Shown: positions 9,978-19,815, numbered from the stretch's first letter. The stretch: 54,080 nucleotides of DNA from a virus (IMGVR_UViG_3300028886_000034:1-54080); one strand, 5' to 3'. Made by a program: numbers and translations. The notes: a model not told the origin generated them from the letters alone.

Positions 9978-11144
9978 ATGGCTGGAATTGCATTTCCTTC
10001 TAATTTAATTACAGCTAAAACTAAAATTAATACATCTGTATCTTCTAGTGCTCATAATAATCAGATAGATACTTTAGAAGCCAGAGACCAGTATATTTTA
10101 GATTTCTTAAGTAAGTTTGATGCTTTACCTATAGGAAGTATATTACCAACGTCAATACCTTATACTGAGGGTCCTAATGGTAATATGCCCAATGGTTGGA
10201 TTTGGGCTGATGGTAGATACTTAGATGCCGAGTCATATCCTAAATTATGGGAGCTAATTAAAGATACTGCACTTGATTTAGACCAATATGCTGCTTGGGC
10301 AAATGCTCAGGGATTTTCAAGATCTGTACCTAATAACATCGACCCTTGCGGATTTTATGTTATTACTTTAGGAAGTAAAGATGATATCCATGGAGCCAGA
10401 TTTACCGTCCCAAATTTAAGAGGGATTTATTTAAGGAGTATTGGCAATGCTACTTCTGATGATTCATCATTATTTGGTGCGTATACTCCAGATTCTATAA
10501 AAGAGCATACTCATATTATACCAGTGTATCCAGTTAATGGAGCTAATTTAAATAGTGAGGAAAAAGATATTGGCTTAGCTTTAACTGATAAGATTACCTC
10601 TGCTTATAATAAGTTAAATGGAACGGATGGTAATCATTCAGAGTTTATTATTAATAAATCTGCTTATACTACTGATCAGGGTAAGGGTAAATTAGAACAG
10701 TCTGAAACTAGACCTAGAAGTATTAATTACAGATTTATGCTTAAGGTTGAGTTTACCGACTTTACTCTTGAAGCTAATGTAGAGACAGATGCTACTTCTG
10801 TCAATGGATATTTTGGTTCTATTGATTCTCCTCTTAAAAAGGGTAATATTTCAGGTAAATACTTCCCTATCTCTAATCCGGAGACTGGGTTATTAGATAG
10901 TTCTTGGTTTGATGTTTCATATTTATCAGAACAAGTTACTACCGATATTTCACCAAATATTGATAATATTATATCTAATAAGGGTGTTTTAAAAGATACT
11001 TCACTTCAGAGTATTGCAGTTACTGCTAGAGAAGTACCTACTGTAGATTCAAGAAGTGTTCCTGTATCAGATACTAATGGTAAAATCAGTACAGACTATC
11101 TTACCTTAGCAACCAATAGTCAAATTGACTCTATGTTTGAATAA
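9978..11144 (+). CDS. tail-collar-domain tail fibre/baseplate protein
   Basis: PIGSIL...PNGWIWADG...YPKLW...VPNLRG.YLR...ETRPRSI tail-collar signature. Confidence 0.8.
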   Translation: MAGIAFPSNLITAKTKINTSVSSSAHNNQIDTLEARDQYILDFLSKFDALPIGSILPTSIPYTEGPNGNMPNGWIWADGRYLDAESYPKLWELIKDTALDLDQYAAWANAQGFSRSVPNNIDPCGFYVITLGSKDDIHGARFTVPNLRGIYLRSIGNATSDDSSLFGAYTPDSIKEHTHIIPVYPVNGANLNSEEKDIGLALTDKITSAYNKLNGTDGNHSEFIINKSAYTTDQGKGKLEQSETRPRSINYRFMLKVEFTDFTLEANVETDATSVNGYFGSIDSPLKKGNISGKYFPISNPETGLLDSSWFDVSYLSEQVTTDISPNIDNIISNKGVLKDTSLQSIAVTAREVPTVDSRSVPVSDTNGKISTDYLTLATNSQIDSMFE

Positions 11145-11162
11145 GAAAGGACTTTTTAAATT

Positions 11163-11678
11163 ATGAGCGATAGTATAAACTATATTGGAACTAAATTTAT
11201 AAAACCTGACTATGATCAGGATTTATATGCAACTGTAGCTAACTGGTGTAACGAGACTCAGAAAGCATACATTATAGAATCTGACGATGGCACTTATTAT
11301 GAATGCGTTGCAATTCCAGAACCTACTATTGAAGAGTTAAAAAACTATAGATTAGGGGAACTTGAAAATAAATTTAATACTGCCGTTAAGGGCAGTTTTA
11401 CGACAGAAGAAGGCTATTTAATGCAGTTTGATGAAACCGACTGCAATAAGATGAATGGTTCTATTACATTAAATAAAGCTACAGGGATTACTTCAGACTA
11501 TTTAGTTCAGGCAAATAATGTTGTTATTGAAAATGTACCCATAGAAACTATGGAAAGTGTTCTTCTTCAGATGCTTAAGCATTATAAATCAATGCATCTT
11601 AAGAAGCAGATTTTTAGAGCTCAAATTAATTCAGCTTCAACTAAGGAAGACTTAGATAATATAGAAATAGTTTTCTAA
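11163..11678 (+). CDS. tail-fibre-associated protein (DUF4376-like)
   Basis: P.PTIEELKNYRLGELENKF...KQIFRAQINSASTKEDLDNI pattern; directly follows the collar gene. Confidence 0.65.
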   Translation: MSDSINYIGTKFIKPDYDQDLYATVANWCNETQKAYIIESDDGTYYECVAIPEPTIEELKNYRLGELENKFNTAVKGSFTTEEGYLMQFDETDCNKMNGSITLNKATGITSDYLVQANNVVIENVPIETMESVLLQMLKHYKSMHLKKQIFRAQINSASTKEDLDNIEIVF

Positions 11679-11683
11679 AATAT

Positions 11684-11715
11684 GGGGTTCTCCTTTGCGA
11701 GAACTCCTTATTTTT
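11684..11715 (+). terminator. intrinsic terminator
   Basis: GGGGTTCTC...GAGAACTCC then TTATTTTT. Confidence 0.7.
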
Positions 11716-11741
11716 AATATAGAGAAGGAGGTGAGCCTAAA

Positions 11742-12734
11742 ATAGAACTACAAAATTTAGTCATATCTATACTTCAAAACTCCTACCCTAATAAAGCTGA
11801 AATGGCTCACTTAGTTGGTACGGAAAGTAATAAAGCTTTAAATGAAGTAGGTAAAATAGATGGCGGTTATTATATAACCAAGAATCTATGGAACAAGTTT
11901 TTAACTACTGCTAACATGACTGAAGGCCAAGTTAAACAATTTGGCTCTTTTATGCCGGGTGGTTTTGTTGCATCTAATACTTATTATAATATGCTTTTAC
12001 TTTATATATTGGTGTTTGTAGCTGATGGTAATGTTGATAAAACTGTTTATGACATTAGCAGATACTATACTGCCATAGTCCTGTCATATATCAAAAAGAA
12101 ATACTTTCCTATTATGGACAAATCATTAATGGAATATACTTTAATGAATGCTCATGCTGCTACTGTTGCTAAACAAGGATGGGCAGTTTTTGTAATTAAA
12201 GTAGCCGATGAAACATTGGAAAAATATCTTAAGAACTTTACAGAAAAAGTTTCACTATATGACTATTATAGGTATATAGTCGATGTTTATAATAAAGTAA
12301 ATCAGTCAGTTAAACATTTAGCTAGAAGATATTATAAAAATGTTGGTAAAGCAGATACTGATGATATTAGACAAGACTTAGATAAGGCTTTAAATAATAT
12401 TAATGAAGTCACTATGAACCCAAAATTTATAGAGTATATTGCACAATTATCAGGTGCTTCAGAAATTGATGTTGAAGATATTTGTGTGAAAATTCATGAT
12501 TATAATGATGTTGATTCAACTATGCAGAATATTATCTTAAGATTTTTAAGACAATATAGAGATAGAGAAGGTATCAATAAAGTTGGCATTACTGTAGCTG
12601 CAGGTAGAGGTCTAGTTATGCAACCAATACCTACATTAGCTGCTAAAACATTATTAGATGTTGGCATAGAACCAGATAGAGAGAAAATTAGAGCCGTTCT
12701 TTTTATAGCATTACTTTGTATAATGGTTAATTAA
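11742..12734 (+). CDS. hypothetical protein; candidate phiKZ gp68/AR9 gp226-like RNAP promoter-specificity subunit
   Basis: Track ATG 11802; in-frame ATA 11742 sits 8 nt after AGGAGGTG. The family call is a remembered motif resemblance only (FVASN.YYN, KYFP..DK..EYT, AKQGW, YIVD..NK.NQ.VK.L..RYY). Confidence 0.4.
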   Translation: MELQNLVISILQNSYPNKAEMAHLVGTESNKALNEVGKIDGGYYITKNLWNKFLTTANMTEGQVKQFGSFMPGGFVASNTYYNMLLLYILVFVADGNVDKTVYDISRYYTAIVLSYIKKKYFPIMDKSLMEYTLMNAHAATVAKQGWAVFVIKVADETLEKYLKNFTEKVSLYDYYRYIVDVYNKVNQSVKHLARRYYKNVGKADTDDIRQDLDKALNNINEVTMNPKFIEYIAQLSGASEIDVEDICVKIHDYNDVDSTMQNIILRFLRQYRDREGINKVGITVAAGRGLVMQPIPTLAAKTLLDVGIEPDREKIRAVLFIALLCIMVN

Positions 12735-12775
12735 CAAGACATTATCCACGTTAATGTTTAACTAATCAAACATAA

Positions 12776-12820
12776 ACAAAAAGAAACCCCTAGGTATATC
12801 CTAAGGGTTTCTTTGTTTTT
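12776..12820. terminator. bidirectional terminator at convergent junction
   Basis: AAAGAAACCC...GGGTTTCTTT with A-run before and T-run after. Confidence 0.8.
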
Positions 12821-13547
12821 AAACCTTCCTAATTGCGAATGAGAAACCTCTACTATCATAATCATATCTATAATCATGTGTATCATCACAATTGAACATC
12901 TCAATCAACTTCTCAAAAATATCCTTGATAGGAACTCCGTCATATTTAGCGTTTTCAAATCTACTTGCAGAATCATCTACTACTTTAGCGAAATCATCTC
13001 TAAATTTAATTTTTGAATAATATGCAAAATCAGGACTCTCCGAGGTCAAATGAACTAGCAACATCTTTTTAAATACCGGATATAACTTACGTGTAACTTG
13101 TTCGTGTTTATCCTCCAATGCAATATATTTGGCAAGATATTCTTTTAACCGGTCTTCAATAGCTTCACTAACTGAATCATTCGATACCGTCTCATGGTCT
13201 AGGTTATCCACATCAAAATCTTCATCAGATTCCAAAATAATCTCAATGCCATCAAGACTAATATTATACCAAATGCGCCAACCATCAATATCTACACAGC
13301 TAGTCGTCTTTTTAGATTTTAACGAAGCCTCAACACCCTCATACCGCCCAATAATATAAGTTATAAATTTTTCAAATACATCACCGGATAAAAACTTACT
13401 CAAAAACTTAAACTCTCTGCAGACATCAAACGGTCCATGAACCAAATCAAACCCACCAAATTCATCAGCTAGTGGCTCCAAAATGTCTTGGCCAATAATA
13501 ACGGTATACTTATAATTATACTTCTCAATTTTTTCTTTAGTAATCAT
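12819..13547 (-). CDS. hypothetical protein (242 aa)
   Basis: ORF track; SD GGGAGG. Confidence 0.75.
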   Translation of the reverse strand: MITKEKIEKYNYKYTVIIGQDILEPLADEFGGFDLVHGPFDVCREFKFLSKFLSGDVFEKFITYIIGRYEGVEASLKSKKTTSCVDIDGWRIWYNISLDGIEIILESDEDFDVDNLDHETVSNDSVSEAIEDRLKEYLAKYIALEDKHEQVTRKLYPVFKKMLLVHLTSESPDFAYYSKIKFRDDFAKVVDDSASRFENAKYDGVPIKDIFEKLIEMFNCDDTHDYRYDYDSRGFSFAIRKV

Positions 13548-13562
13548 AATATATTCCTCCCC

Positions 13563-14072
13563 TTATTGTACTTTATTTTCATTAACATAAGTTGCCAGAT
13601 AAATAATCAAGTGTGGCATAAACAAACTAACATCAAATGCTTGAACTTTTGCATAATGCACATAGGCATTAAATAGCATATGAAGAGCAAAACACACTAG
13701 AAAGGATTCTTTAGTATGATACTTAAAGTGAAGTCTTCCTGTAGACCAGTGCATCATTACAGCCATAAATTTTGCAATAATGAGAGTTACTTTCTGGTCT
13801 GTAGTAAGTACCCCCTCACCAATGCACAGAATCATAATAGCAATACTAATCAACTCCAGAACGCCAAACAGGTGTGCTTTAAAGTTTGTTTCAGAATGAT
13901 TATGCTTAAACCATTCTTCAAGATATGGAAATACTACAATGAACCCAATCAGATATGGAATAATGCTTTTAGTAGAACCTACTACATACAACATTACCCA
14001 CCAGACAAAACTACTGAAGAGAATAAATACAATCCATTTAAGAACTTCTTTTGTTTTATTCCACATATTCAT
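13563..14072 (-). CDS. multi-pass membrane protein
   Basis: Several hydrophobic segments; start moved to ATG 14072 after GGAGGAGG. Confidence 0.7.
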   Translation of the reverse strand: MNMWNKTKEVLKWIVFILFSSFVWWVMLYVVGSTKSIIPYLIGFIVVFPYLEEWFKHNHSETNFKAHLFGVLELISIAIMILCIGEGVLTTDQKVTLIIAKFMAVMMHWSTGRLHFKYHTKESFLVCFALHMLFNAYVHYAKVQAFDVSLFMPHLIIYLATYVNENKVQ

Positions 14073-14466
14073 TATCCTCCTCCTCAATATCAAGAGGACC
14101 ACGAATCTCAATAGTTACTGTAGCAACTTTTCTCCACTCTTCTTCCGATTTATATCTATAAGGAACCTCTGGATCATTAAGATTGATATTATCATCCTTA
14201 TCCATCATAATATCTCCGGTGATAGAATCTCCAATAAACAGTACGTCTTCATAATTCATCTTTGAGCAAAACCATTTTTGAAAATCCAGAGTATCCTCAT
14301 ACGCAAGTTTCTGCTCTTCCTCATTCACCATAATTGGAATCATTTTCTCTTTAGCAAAAATGCTCCTAAGGGTAAAATCAAGATCCTTAAAATTAACACA
14401 GCCCTCCCTAAGTTTTTTAGCCTCATCCTCAAAAACTACAGTATACTTAAGCTCTCTCATAGTCAT
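14056..14466 (-). CDS. hypothetical acidic protein
   Basis: Start moved to ATG 14466 after GAGGAGG. Confidence 0.7.
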   Translation of the reverse strand: MTMRELKYTVVFEDEAKKLREGCVNFKDLDFTLRSIFAKEKMIPIMVNEEEQKLAYEDTLDFQKWFCSKMNYEDVLFIGDSITGDIMMDKDDNINLNDPEVPYRYKSEEEWRKVATVTIEIRGPLDIEEEDNEYVE

Positions 14467-14467
14467 A

Positions 14468-14620
14468 TTATTTTTCCTCCTCGGTAATAATAAGCTTCCA
14501 AAGGAACCATCCAGAAAACCCAATCATAATGTAATCAACAATACATCTCTGATACATATTTAGTGGTACAATAAATGATACAAGATATCCTACCAATACT
14601 ACACTAGCTGTCAGAATCAT
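14468..14620 (-). CDS. small membrane protein (50 aa, MILTASVVLVGYLVSF...)
   Basis: Hand-translated; fills the gap; SD GAGTGAGG upstream. Confidence 0.55.
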   Translation of the reverse strand: MILTASVVLVGYLVSFIVPLNMYQRCIVDYIMIGFSGWFLWKLIITEEEK

Positions 14621-14626
14621 TTAGCC

Positions 14627-15568
14627 TCACTCCCAAAAGCTATCATTTACACCATATACATCATGGATATTATACTTAAACATCTCATCAACAACTGCTT
14701 CATGGACCATCTCCTTTGGAATATCAATATCTTTTTCAAGTTTAATTTCCAAAAGACCTCCAGCTCCATTCCACTTATCAAACAATCCACACACATCATC
14801 TTTATCGATATGAATAGTATTAGCATCTTTCATATCAAGATATTCCTTTAGAGTAAGTCTTTTAAGAAATACCAAACTATTCATATGACTAGTACAATTA
14901 TTTAGCTCATCATAAATTGATTCAAAGAAATCATTATCAAAGATTTCATTATCAAAGACTTCATCAGAAAGAAGATTTTTTTCAAGATCTTCCTTAGTAT
15001 ATCCTTGAGTCTTAGTAAGCCATACTAAACAACACTCATCCTGAATAGGCTCCATTCTATCCCCATTATAATGCGGATAAACTTCATTACAGCCTAAATC
15101 AAAATTATAATCACCAGTATCTACAAAAATATCTACACAAAGTTTTTGTTTAAGATAATGGTCATAATCCGGCTTAAACCAGACATTTTCAAAAAATACA
15201 GTATCAAACTTTGCTTTATCCTCTTCTTCAAAATCATCATAGTCAAGACCAATTTGAGCTGCAATATCTTTCATATGAGATTTCATTGTTTCAAAGATAT
15301 CATCCGGATCAAACCAATCAAATAGTTCATCTTTAAACGCTTCCATCCAAGTACTATGCATTTCTTCTTTTTTATCTGAAATCCTTTTTAGCAGATTAAT
15401 ATTTACTTCATCTCTATAATCTGCATACACATCAATTCCTTTTTTAAGGATTTCAAGAAGTTCATTTTCTTTTTCTTCATTAAATTTATTCATCATCATC
15501 ATCTCCACGGCCATACCAGCTTTCTTTAAACTTGTGAATCTCCGGATTATATTCCACAACCTCAACAT
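14627..15568 (-). CDS. hypothetical acidic protein
   Basis: ORF track; true start probably at the ATG run near 15500. Confidence 0.75.
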   Translation of the reverse strand: MLRLWNIIRRFTSLKKAGMAVEMMMMNKFNEEKENELLEILKKGIDVYADYRDEVNINLLKRISDKKEEMHSTWMEAFKDELFDWFDPDDIFETMKSHMKDIAAQIGLDYDDFEEEDKAKFDTVFFENVWFKPDYDHYLKQKLCVDIFVDTGDYNFDLGCNEVYPHYNGDRMEPIQDECCLVWLTKTQGYTKEDLEKNLLSDEVFDNEIFDNDFFESIYDELNNCTSHMNSLVFLKRLTLKEYLDMKDANTIHIDKDDVCGLFDKWNGAGGLLEIKLEKDIDIPKEMVHEAVVDEMFKYNIHDVYGVNDSFWE

Positions 15569-15857
15569 CCAATTTAGGAACTACAACATACCACCAATTT
15601 TCAGCCCCATCATACTCGTGACGCTCAAGATAATTCCCATCCGTAAACACAATCTTACACATCAAGGAAATCTCATTGAGCCCATACCCAGCATCATACT
15701 CAAATCCTTTAATCGCTTTTTTAAATGATTCCCACGTCACATTTGCTAGATTATGGGGCTTAGATCTCACAACCACATACGCAATTTCATTCTCCCCATG
15801 ATTGGATCCAATAATCTCCTGCATGGTCTCTTCCAGAAAATTAGTTTTCACATTCAT
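15486..15857 (-). CDS. phage hypothetical protein (YDAGYG...IVFTDG.YLERHEYDGAE.W type)
   Basis: ORF track; motif recalled from many phage ORFs; no function known to me. Confidence 0.75.
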   Translation of the reverse strand: MNVKTNFLEETMQEIIGSNHGENEIAYVVVRSKPHNLANVTWESFKKAIKGFEYDAGYGLNEISLMCKIVFTDGNYLERHEYDGAENWWYVVVPKLDVEVVEYNPEIHKFKESWYGRGDDDDE

Positions 15858-15860
15858 CGG

Positions 15861-16214
15861 TTAGTTTCTCCCTTCAATTTTATTTTCATCACTAAAGTTG
15901 ATTGTTGCCTTTACAATCGGATTCCCCATACCATCCTTATTAATTACACGCAACATGCATCCGATCAATAGCTCATTTTTACAATTACGATTAATGCTAA
16001 AGACTCTAGTTGCATGCTCTGTCTTCATATTTCTTGCGAGTTCCATTAGTTCAAACAATATAGGATACACGATCTGGTCCCCCAATTCTTTACGAAGGAA
16101 ATCAATTTCTTCAAAATAATTCTCAAACGCAGGGCCATCGGTATTAAGTTCATATTCCAGGTCAGAAATAATCATTTCTACATCCATTGTCGTAACGATT
16201 TTTTTACTATACAT
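15861..16214 (-). CDS. hypothetical protein
   Basis: ORF track; tight packing. Confidence 0.7.
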   Translation of the reverse strand: MYSKKIVTTMDVEMIISDLEYELNTDGPAFENYFEEIDFLRKELGDQIVYPILFELMELARNMKTEHATRVFSINRNCKNELLIGCMLRVINKDGMGNPIVKATINFSDENKIEGRN

Positions 16215-16216
16215 AA

Positions 16217-16669
16217 TTATTCATCCTCCTTAGATTCAATCATATAACCTTCATCATAACACTCTTCAAACTTCCTATAATTAAAATCAGGAAGTCCTAC
16301 CACTTCTTGAATCAATTCATCTACATTCCTATAATCAATTTTATCCTTAGTTACTACTGTAAATCCTGACACCACATATCTAAGACCTTCATATCCGATA
16401 TACATAAGAACAAAAACTTCACTTTCAGGAAGAATCTTTTGAAGTTCTTTATAAAATCTTTCAAGATCAGAATCGTCATATGACCCGTACTCCAATGACC
16501 CATAACAAGAGTACTTCCTATAAGTATTACCTTTCTCATCCTTAAACTTTGCTACATTGATTTCTCTTTCATAATTGCCAATACAGAACAAATCTTTTTC
16601 CAACTCATCAAGTTTATTCTCATCTGTAACTCTGAAATAATTACTAATGCTGATCTCATCATAATTCAT
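16217..16669 (-). CDS. hypothetical protein (NYFRVTDE type)
   Basis: ORF track; SD AGGAGGT. Confidence 0.75.
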   Translation of the reverse strand: MNYDEISISNYFRVTDENKLDELEKDLFCIGNYEREINVAKFKDEKGNTYRKYSCYGSLEYGSYDDSDLERFYKELQKILPESEVFVLMYIGYEGLRYVVSGFTVVTKDKIDYRNVDELIQEVVGLPDFNYRKFEECYDEGYMIESKEDE

Positions 16670-16688
16670 TCCATATACCTCCTAATTA

Positions 16689-16889
16689 TTATATTATGAA
16701 AGACCCCTCAGATACTTTACCATTCTCATCTTCCACCATAACAACTTCATAATCTGATATATCTGAAACCATATTTACATCCCTATTAGAGATATCTTCG
16801 TATGCTTTATCAAGAGCTTCTTGCTCTGAATTGGCTTCTACATCAACTACACCCCTAGCAATTACTTTATATGTAACCCAATATTTCAT
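16689..16889 (-). CDS. small acidic hypothetical protein
   Basis: ORF track; SD GGAGG. Confidence 0.7.
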   Translation of the reverse strand: MKYWVTYKVIARGVVDVEANSEQEALDKAYEDISNRDVNMVSDISDYEVVMVEDENGKVSEGSFII

Positions 16890-16892
16890 AAT

Positions 16893-17189
16893 TTAAAATT
16901 CCTCCACATTTGAAATGATTGTTTTAATGGAGTATTTTGCCTTACCCCATTCTTTCTTATGATCTTCAATCCATTTACTAATCTCCAAATCAGACATCTT
17001 TGTAGGCAGGGGGCCTGTTCTTAAGAGCTCTTCACAATAAACTTTAAGAGCATCAATTGCCATTTGTTTTGCTTTTGAATCTGAAGTACCATAAGTATAA
17101 CATCCTGGCAAACCTGGAAAAAGTACTGTAATTCCATCATTATTATAAAGGAACACGCTTTTATATGACACATTATATTTCTTACTCAT
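16893..17189 (-). CDS. hicB: HicB-like antitoxin domain protein, no HicA partner in the window
   Basis: GITVLFPGLPGCYTYGTSDSKAKQMAIDALKVY matches the HicB N-terminal consensus (V.FPDLPGC.T.G.T..EA...A.EAL); start ATG 17189 after GGAGGG. Confidence 0.8.
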   Translation of the reverse strand: MSKKYNVSYKSVFLYNNDGITVLFPGLPGCYTYGTSDSKAKQMAIDALKVYCEELLRTGPLPTKMSDLEISKWIEDHKKEWGKAKYSIKTIISNVEEF

Positions 17190-17352
17190 TAAAAACCCTC
17201 CTATTACGGATGTACTCTTCAATATGAACCATTACATCCTTCAAATTATCTACTTTATAGTCACACCCAGAAGAATTTTCTTCAGCAATATACACATGCT
17301 GCCCGTCTGGACCATCATAAAACTCAATATTAATGTCGATATTACACTGCAT
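17182..17352 (-). CDS. small acidic hypothetical protein (56 aa)
   Basis: Start ATG 17352 after GGAAGGG; overlaps the hicB start. Confidence 0.6.
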   Translation of the reverse strand: MQCNIDINIEFYDGPDGQHVYIAEENSSGCDYKVDNLKDVMVHIEEYIRNRRVFNE

Positions 17353-17773
17353 CTTTATTCCCTTCCTCTTTAAATGAAACCAAATTAATTCCATTTTCTT
17401 CCAAGAATTTTACAGGAACCACCCCACACACTGCAGTGCAATACCCACCTTGTTCATACGGTACCATAGCCTCCTCATAATATCCAATATCAAAAATAAC
17501 ACAATCTGTTTCGGAATCAATTACTGCATCAATCCAGTCTACATCAGAGTCATATCTATCTGATTCTTTAAATTTCCGATACTCCTCTTCTCCATGTAAA
17601 AAGGTAAATCCATCAGCAGGACTCCATTGAAGATATCTCTTTTCTTCAGGAGCCATTTTATCATTACAATAATTAGCACAATCAAATATGTATCCAGACC
17701 ATAAATCATCTTTTATCTTAATTTCCTTTAAACCAAGATTTTTAAGCATATCTAGAATGTCATCCTGATACAT
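17342..17773 (-). CDS. hypothetical acidic protein
   Basis: ORF track; SD GGAG. Confidence 0.7.
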   Translation of the reverse strand: MYQDDILDMLKNLGLKEIKIKDDLWSGYIFDCANYCNDKMAPEEKRYLQWSPADGFTFLHGEEEYRKFKESDRYDSDVDWIDAVIDSETDCVIFDIGYYEEAMVPYEQGGYCTAVCGVVPVKFLEENGINLVSFKEEGNKDAV

Positions 17774-17840
17774 ACTATCATCTCCATAGATAAAAAATAT
17801 AAGGGAGACATCTTATATAGACATCTCCCTTTCTCAATAC

Positions 17841-18029
17841 TTAAATTTTATTATTAAGTTTGTTATACAGCATCTTCATTTCTTCTGCTTCTAGGAGAGC
17901 TTTAGTAATCTCATGCCTAGCTTCTCCATATTTATCCGCATCAAGAAGATTCTTTGCCTTCTTAAGATGACTAACTGCTTGTTCCATATGCAACTCCAAC
18001 ACCAGATTATCTCCCATAATACTCTCCAT
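17841..18029 (-). CDS. small helical hypothetical protein
   Basis: ORF track; SD AGGAG. Confidence 0.6.
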   Translation of the reverse strand: MESIMGDNLVLELHMEQAVSHLKKAKNLLDADKYGEARHEITKALLEAEEMKMLYNKLNNKI

Positions 18030-18050
18030 TATAATTATCTCCTTTCTTTA

Positions 18051-18428
18051 TTAAAGTACTTTAAATTGAATTACTGCAATTAGTTTACCATCCTTTACTG
18101 ACACCTGTTCATTATCTAAAACAATCCTAGCCATATCCTTTTCTTTATTATAATACAAATAATACTTCGGACTACTATCTCCTACTGCTACATCTGTTGT
18201 ACCAAACCAAGTATTTAGCTCGTCATATACCCGTTGGATAACACTATCATTGGAAACAGTTGATCTAACAACAACTTTTATTCTTTGGTCTACCGCCACA
18301 TAATCCAGCGTCAATCTAGCTTTATTAACTTTCAAAATCTTCTCAATATGATACTTAATCTCATCATAGTCACAATAAATCTCTCTTGTATCTTTTAGAT
18401 TATCATAAAGCATTACAAAATCAGCCAT
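18051..18428 (-). CDS. hypothetical protein
   Basis: ORF track; SD GAGGAGG. Confidence 0.7.
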   Translation of the reverse strand: MADFVMLYDNLKDTREIYCDYDEIKYHIEKILKVNKARLTLDYVAVDQRIKVVVRSTVSNDSVIQRVYDELNTWFGTTDVAVGDSSPKYYLYYNKEKDMARIVLDNEQVSVKDGKLIAVIQFKVL

Positions 18429-18441
18429 AACAATTTCCTCC

Positions 18442-19038
18442 TCATCTACTAACCCTATAAATCACAATATCCCAATCCCCAAAGTACTTAATAGGATATT
18501 TCTCTACCGCTCCACTCAATGTAATCTTCATATCAGGTTTCTCTACGATATATCCAACATGAGAACCCTCATCACAATCAAGGTCAATTGACCTCATAAC
18601 CTTTAAAGCATAATTCAGTGCCAGAATGCTAAGCTTAGACTGAGCAGAAACTTCAGGGTCATGAATAAAATCAGAAGCTTTATCCAGCACGTAACATTGA
18701 TCTGGAGTAATTTTCAAATGAATGTTAAGAATAGAGAATTCAGTTTCTCTCTTAAGCAAATCAAACATCATATTAATGGGCATCTCCAGAATTGCAAAGT
18801 TCTTCAGTTTATCCTCCGAAATATCTGGATCAATTTCTTTACATGACTCTACAATTTCCTTAAAGGCTTTTTCAAGCTCATCATTGTTTTCAAACAAATC
18901 TACCTTAGGCCCAAATGACATAAATGGAGTAGGACAAAATGCTCCATTAGCTTCAGTCAAAAATGCTACCTGAACTGTTTTATCAACAGAAGTATCTTTA
19001 GCGTCTTTCACAAGCTGCTCCCAATAAAGGTCTTTCAT
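18442..19038 (-). CDS. hypothetical protein
   Basis: Start moved to ATG 19038 after AAGGAGG. Confidence 0.7.
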   Translation of the reverse strand: MKDLYWEQLVKDAKDTSVDKTVQVAFLTEANGAFCPTPFMSFGPKVDLFENNDELEKAFKEIVESCKEIDPDISEDKLKNFAILEMPINMMFDLLKRETEFSILNIHLKITPDQCYVLDKASDFIHDPEVSAQSKLSILALNYALKVMRSIDLDCDEGSHVGYIVEKPDMKITLSGAVEKYPIKYFGDWDIVIYRVSR

Positions 19039-19039
19039 A

Positions 19040-19621
19040 TTAATTTTCCTCCTTATTGAACTTTCTTTTAAATGCCTCTGGCATCTCCACATTGCGATAA
19101 TCATAAAAATCTTGGATATTATCTTCGTCTACACCAACAACATCCCCTTCTTCATCAACAAAATAATATGTTGGACAAATACCATAACCAGACCCAGACC
19201 ATACTACCTTTACAATAGCACCAGGTTTTACTTCCATAACCTGTGCCTCCCAACTACCAATTCTTCCAGCATCTCCATCTGCGCCATTGGCTGTAGCAAG
19301 GACCTTTACCTTTGGCTCATCATTTTCATTCAATTTAAACTCATAGATATAACCAGAACCTCTTCGGGTATATCCAGCCTGAGACGTAAGAATCAGATAC
19401 AACTTACCATTATCACCATTATTAATTCTAAACTTTTTGTTTTGCGTAAGGCCAATACTAAGATTAGCATTCATTCCTTTCTCAAGTTTTTCAAATGTAG
19501 GGGGTACAGGCAGAAATACTTCAAATCTGCCTCTACCCCTTTCTCCAAGGGTTACTCCTTTAAGTTTTCCAAAAGTAAATTCTTTTTCATCAACTTTAAG
19601 TTCAAGATTAGTATAAATCAT
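19040..19621 (-). CDS. hypothetical protein (193 aa, Gly-rich beta-type)
   Basis: ORF track; SD GGAGG. Confidence 0.75.
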   Translation of the reverse strand: MIYTNLELKVDEKEFTFGKLKGVTLGERGRGRFEVFLPVPPTFEKLEKGMNANLSIGLTQNKKFRINNGDNGKLYLILTSQAGYTRRGSGYIYEFKLNENDEPKVKVLATANGADGDAGRIGSWEAQVMEVKPGAIVKVVWSGSGYGICPTYYFVDEEGDVVGVDEDNIQDFYDYRNVEMPEAFKRKFNKEEN

Positions 19622-19815
19622 TTATTATCCTCCTTATATGGACTAACCTTATATCCCATAATCAGCAGGAAAAACCCAATTACTGCAAAGAACATAAAAG
19701 GAATTACCTGCTTAAGAAGTACTCCAAAATACACACAGCTGAACATACTCATCACGCCAAAGCTTCCATAAATAAGTGTAAGATAAAAGTTCATATTATT
19801 CGCCCTCCATATCAC
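19618..19815 (-). CDS. small two-TM membrane protein
   Basis: ORF track; hydrophobic; true start probably a few codons downstream. Confidence 0.6.
   Translation of the reverse strand: MIWRANNMNFYLTLIYGSFGVMSMFSCVYFGVLLKQVIPFMFFAVIGFFLLIMGYKVSPYKEDNK

Noticed and set aside
12742-13212. Isolated DnaA-like boxes (TTATCCACG 12742, TTATCCACA 13204; also TTATCCACG near 31957)
   Set aside because: Single, unclustered, and in two cases within or at the edge of coding sequence; compatible with chance in AT-rich DNA
16893-17394. Complete hicAB toxin-antitoxin operon
   Set aside because: The upstream ORF is acidic and lacks the basic dsRBD-like G(S)H motif of HicA
19112-19771. Long plus-strand ORFs 19112-19771, 24946-25440 and 49273-49959
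   Set aside because: Antisense shadows of well-supported minus-strand genes; no SD, atypical composition
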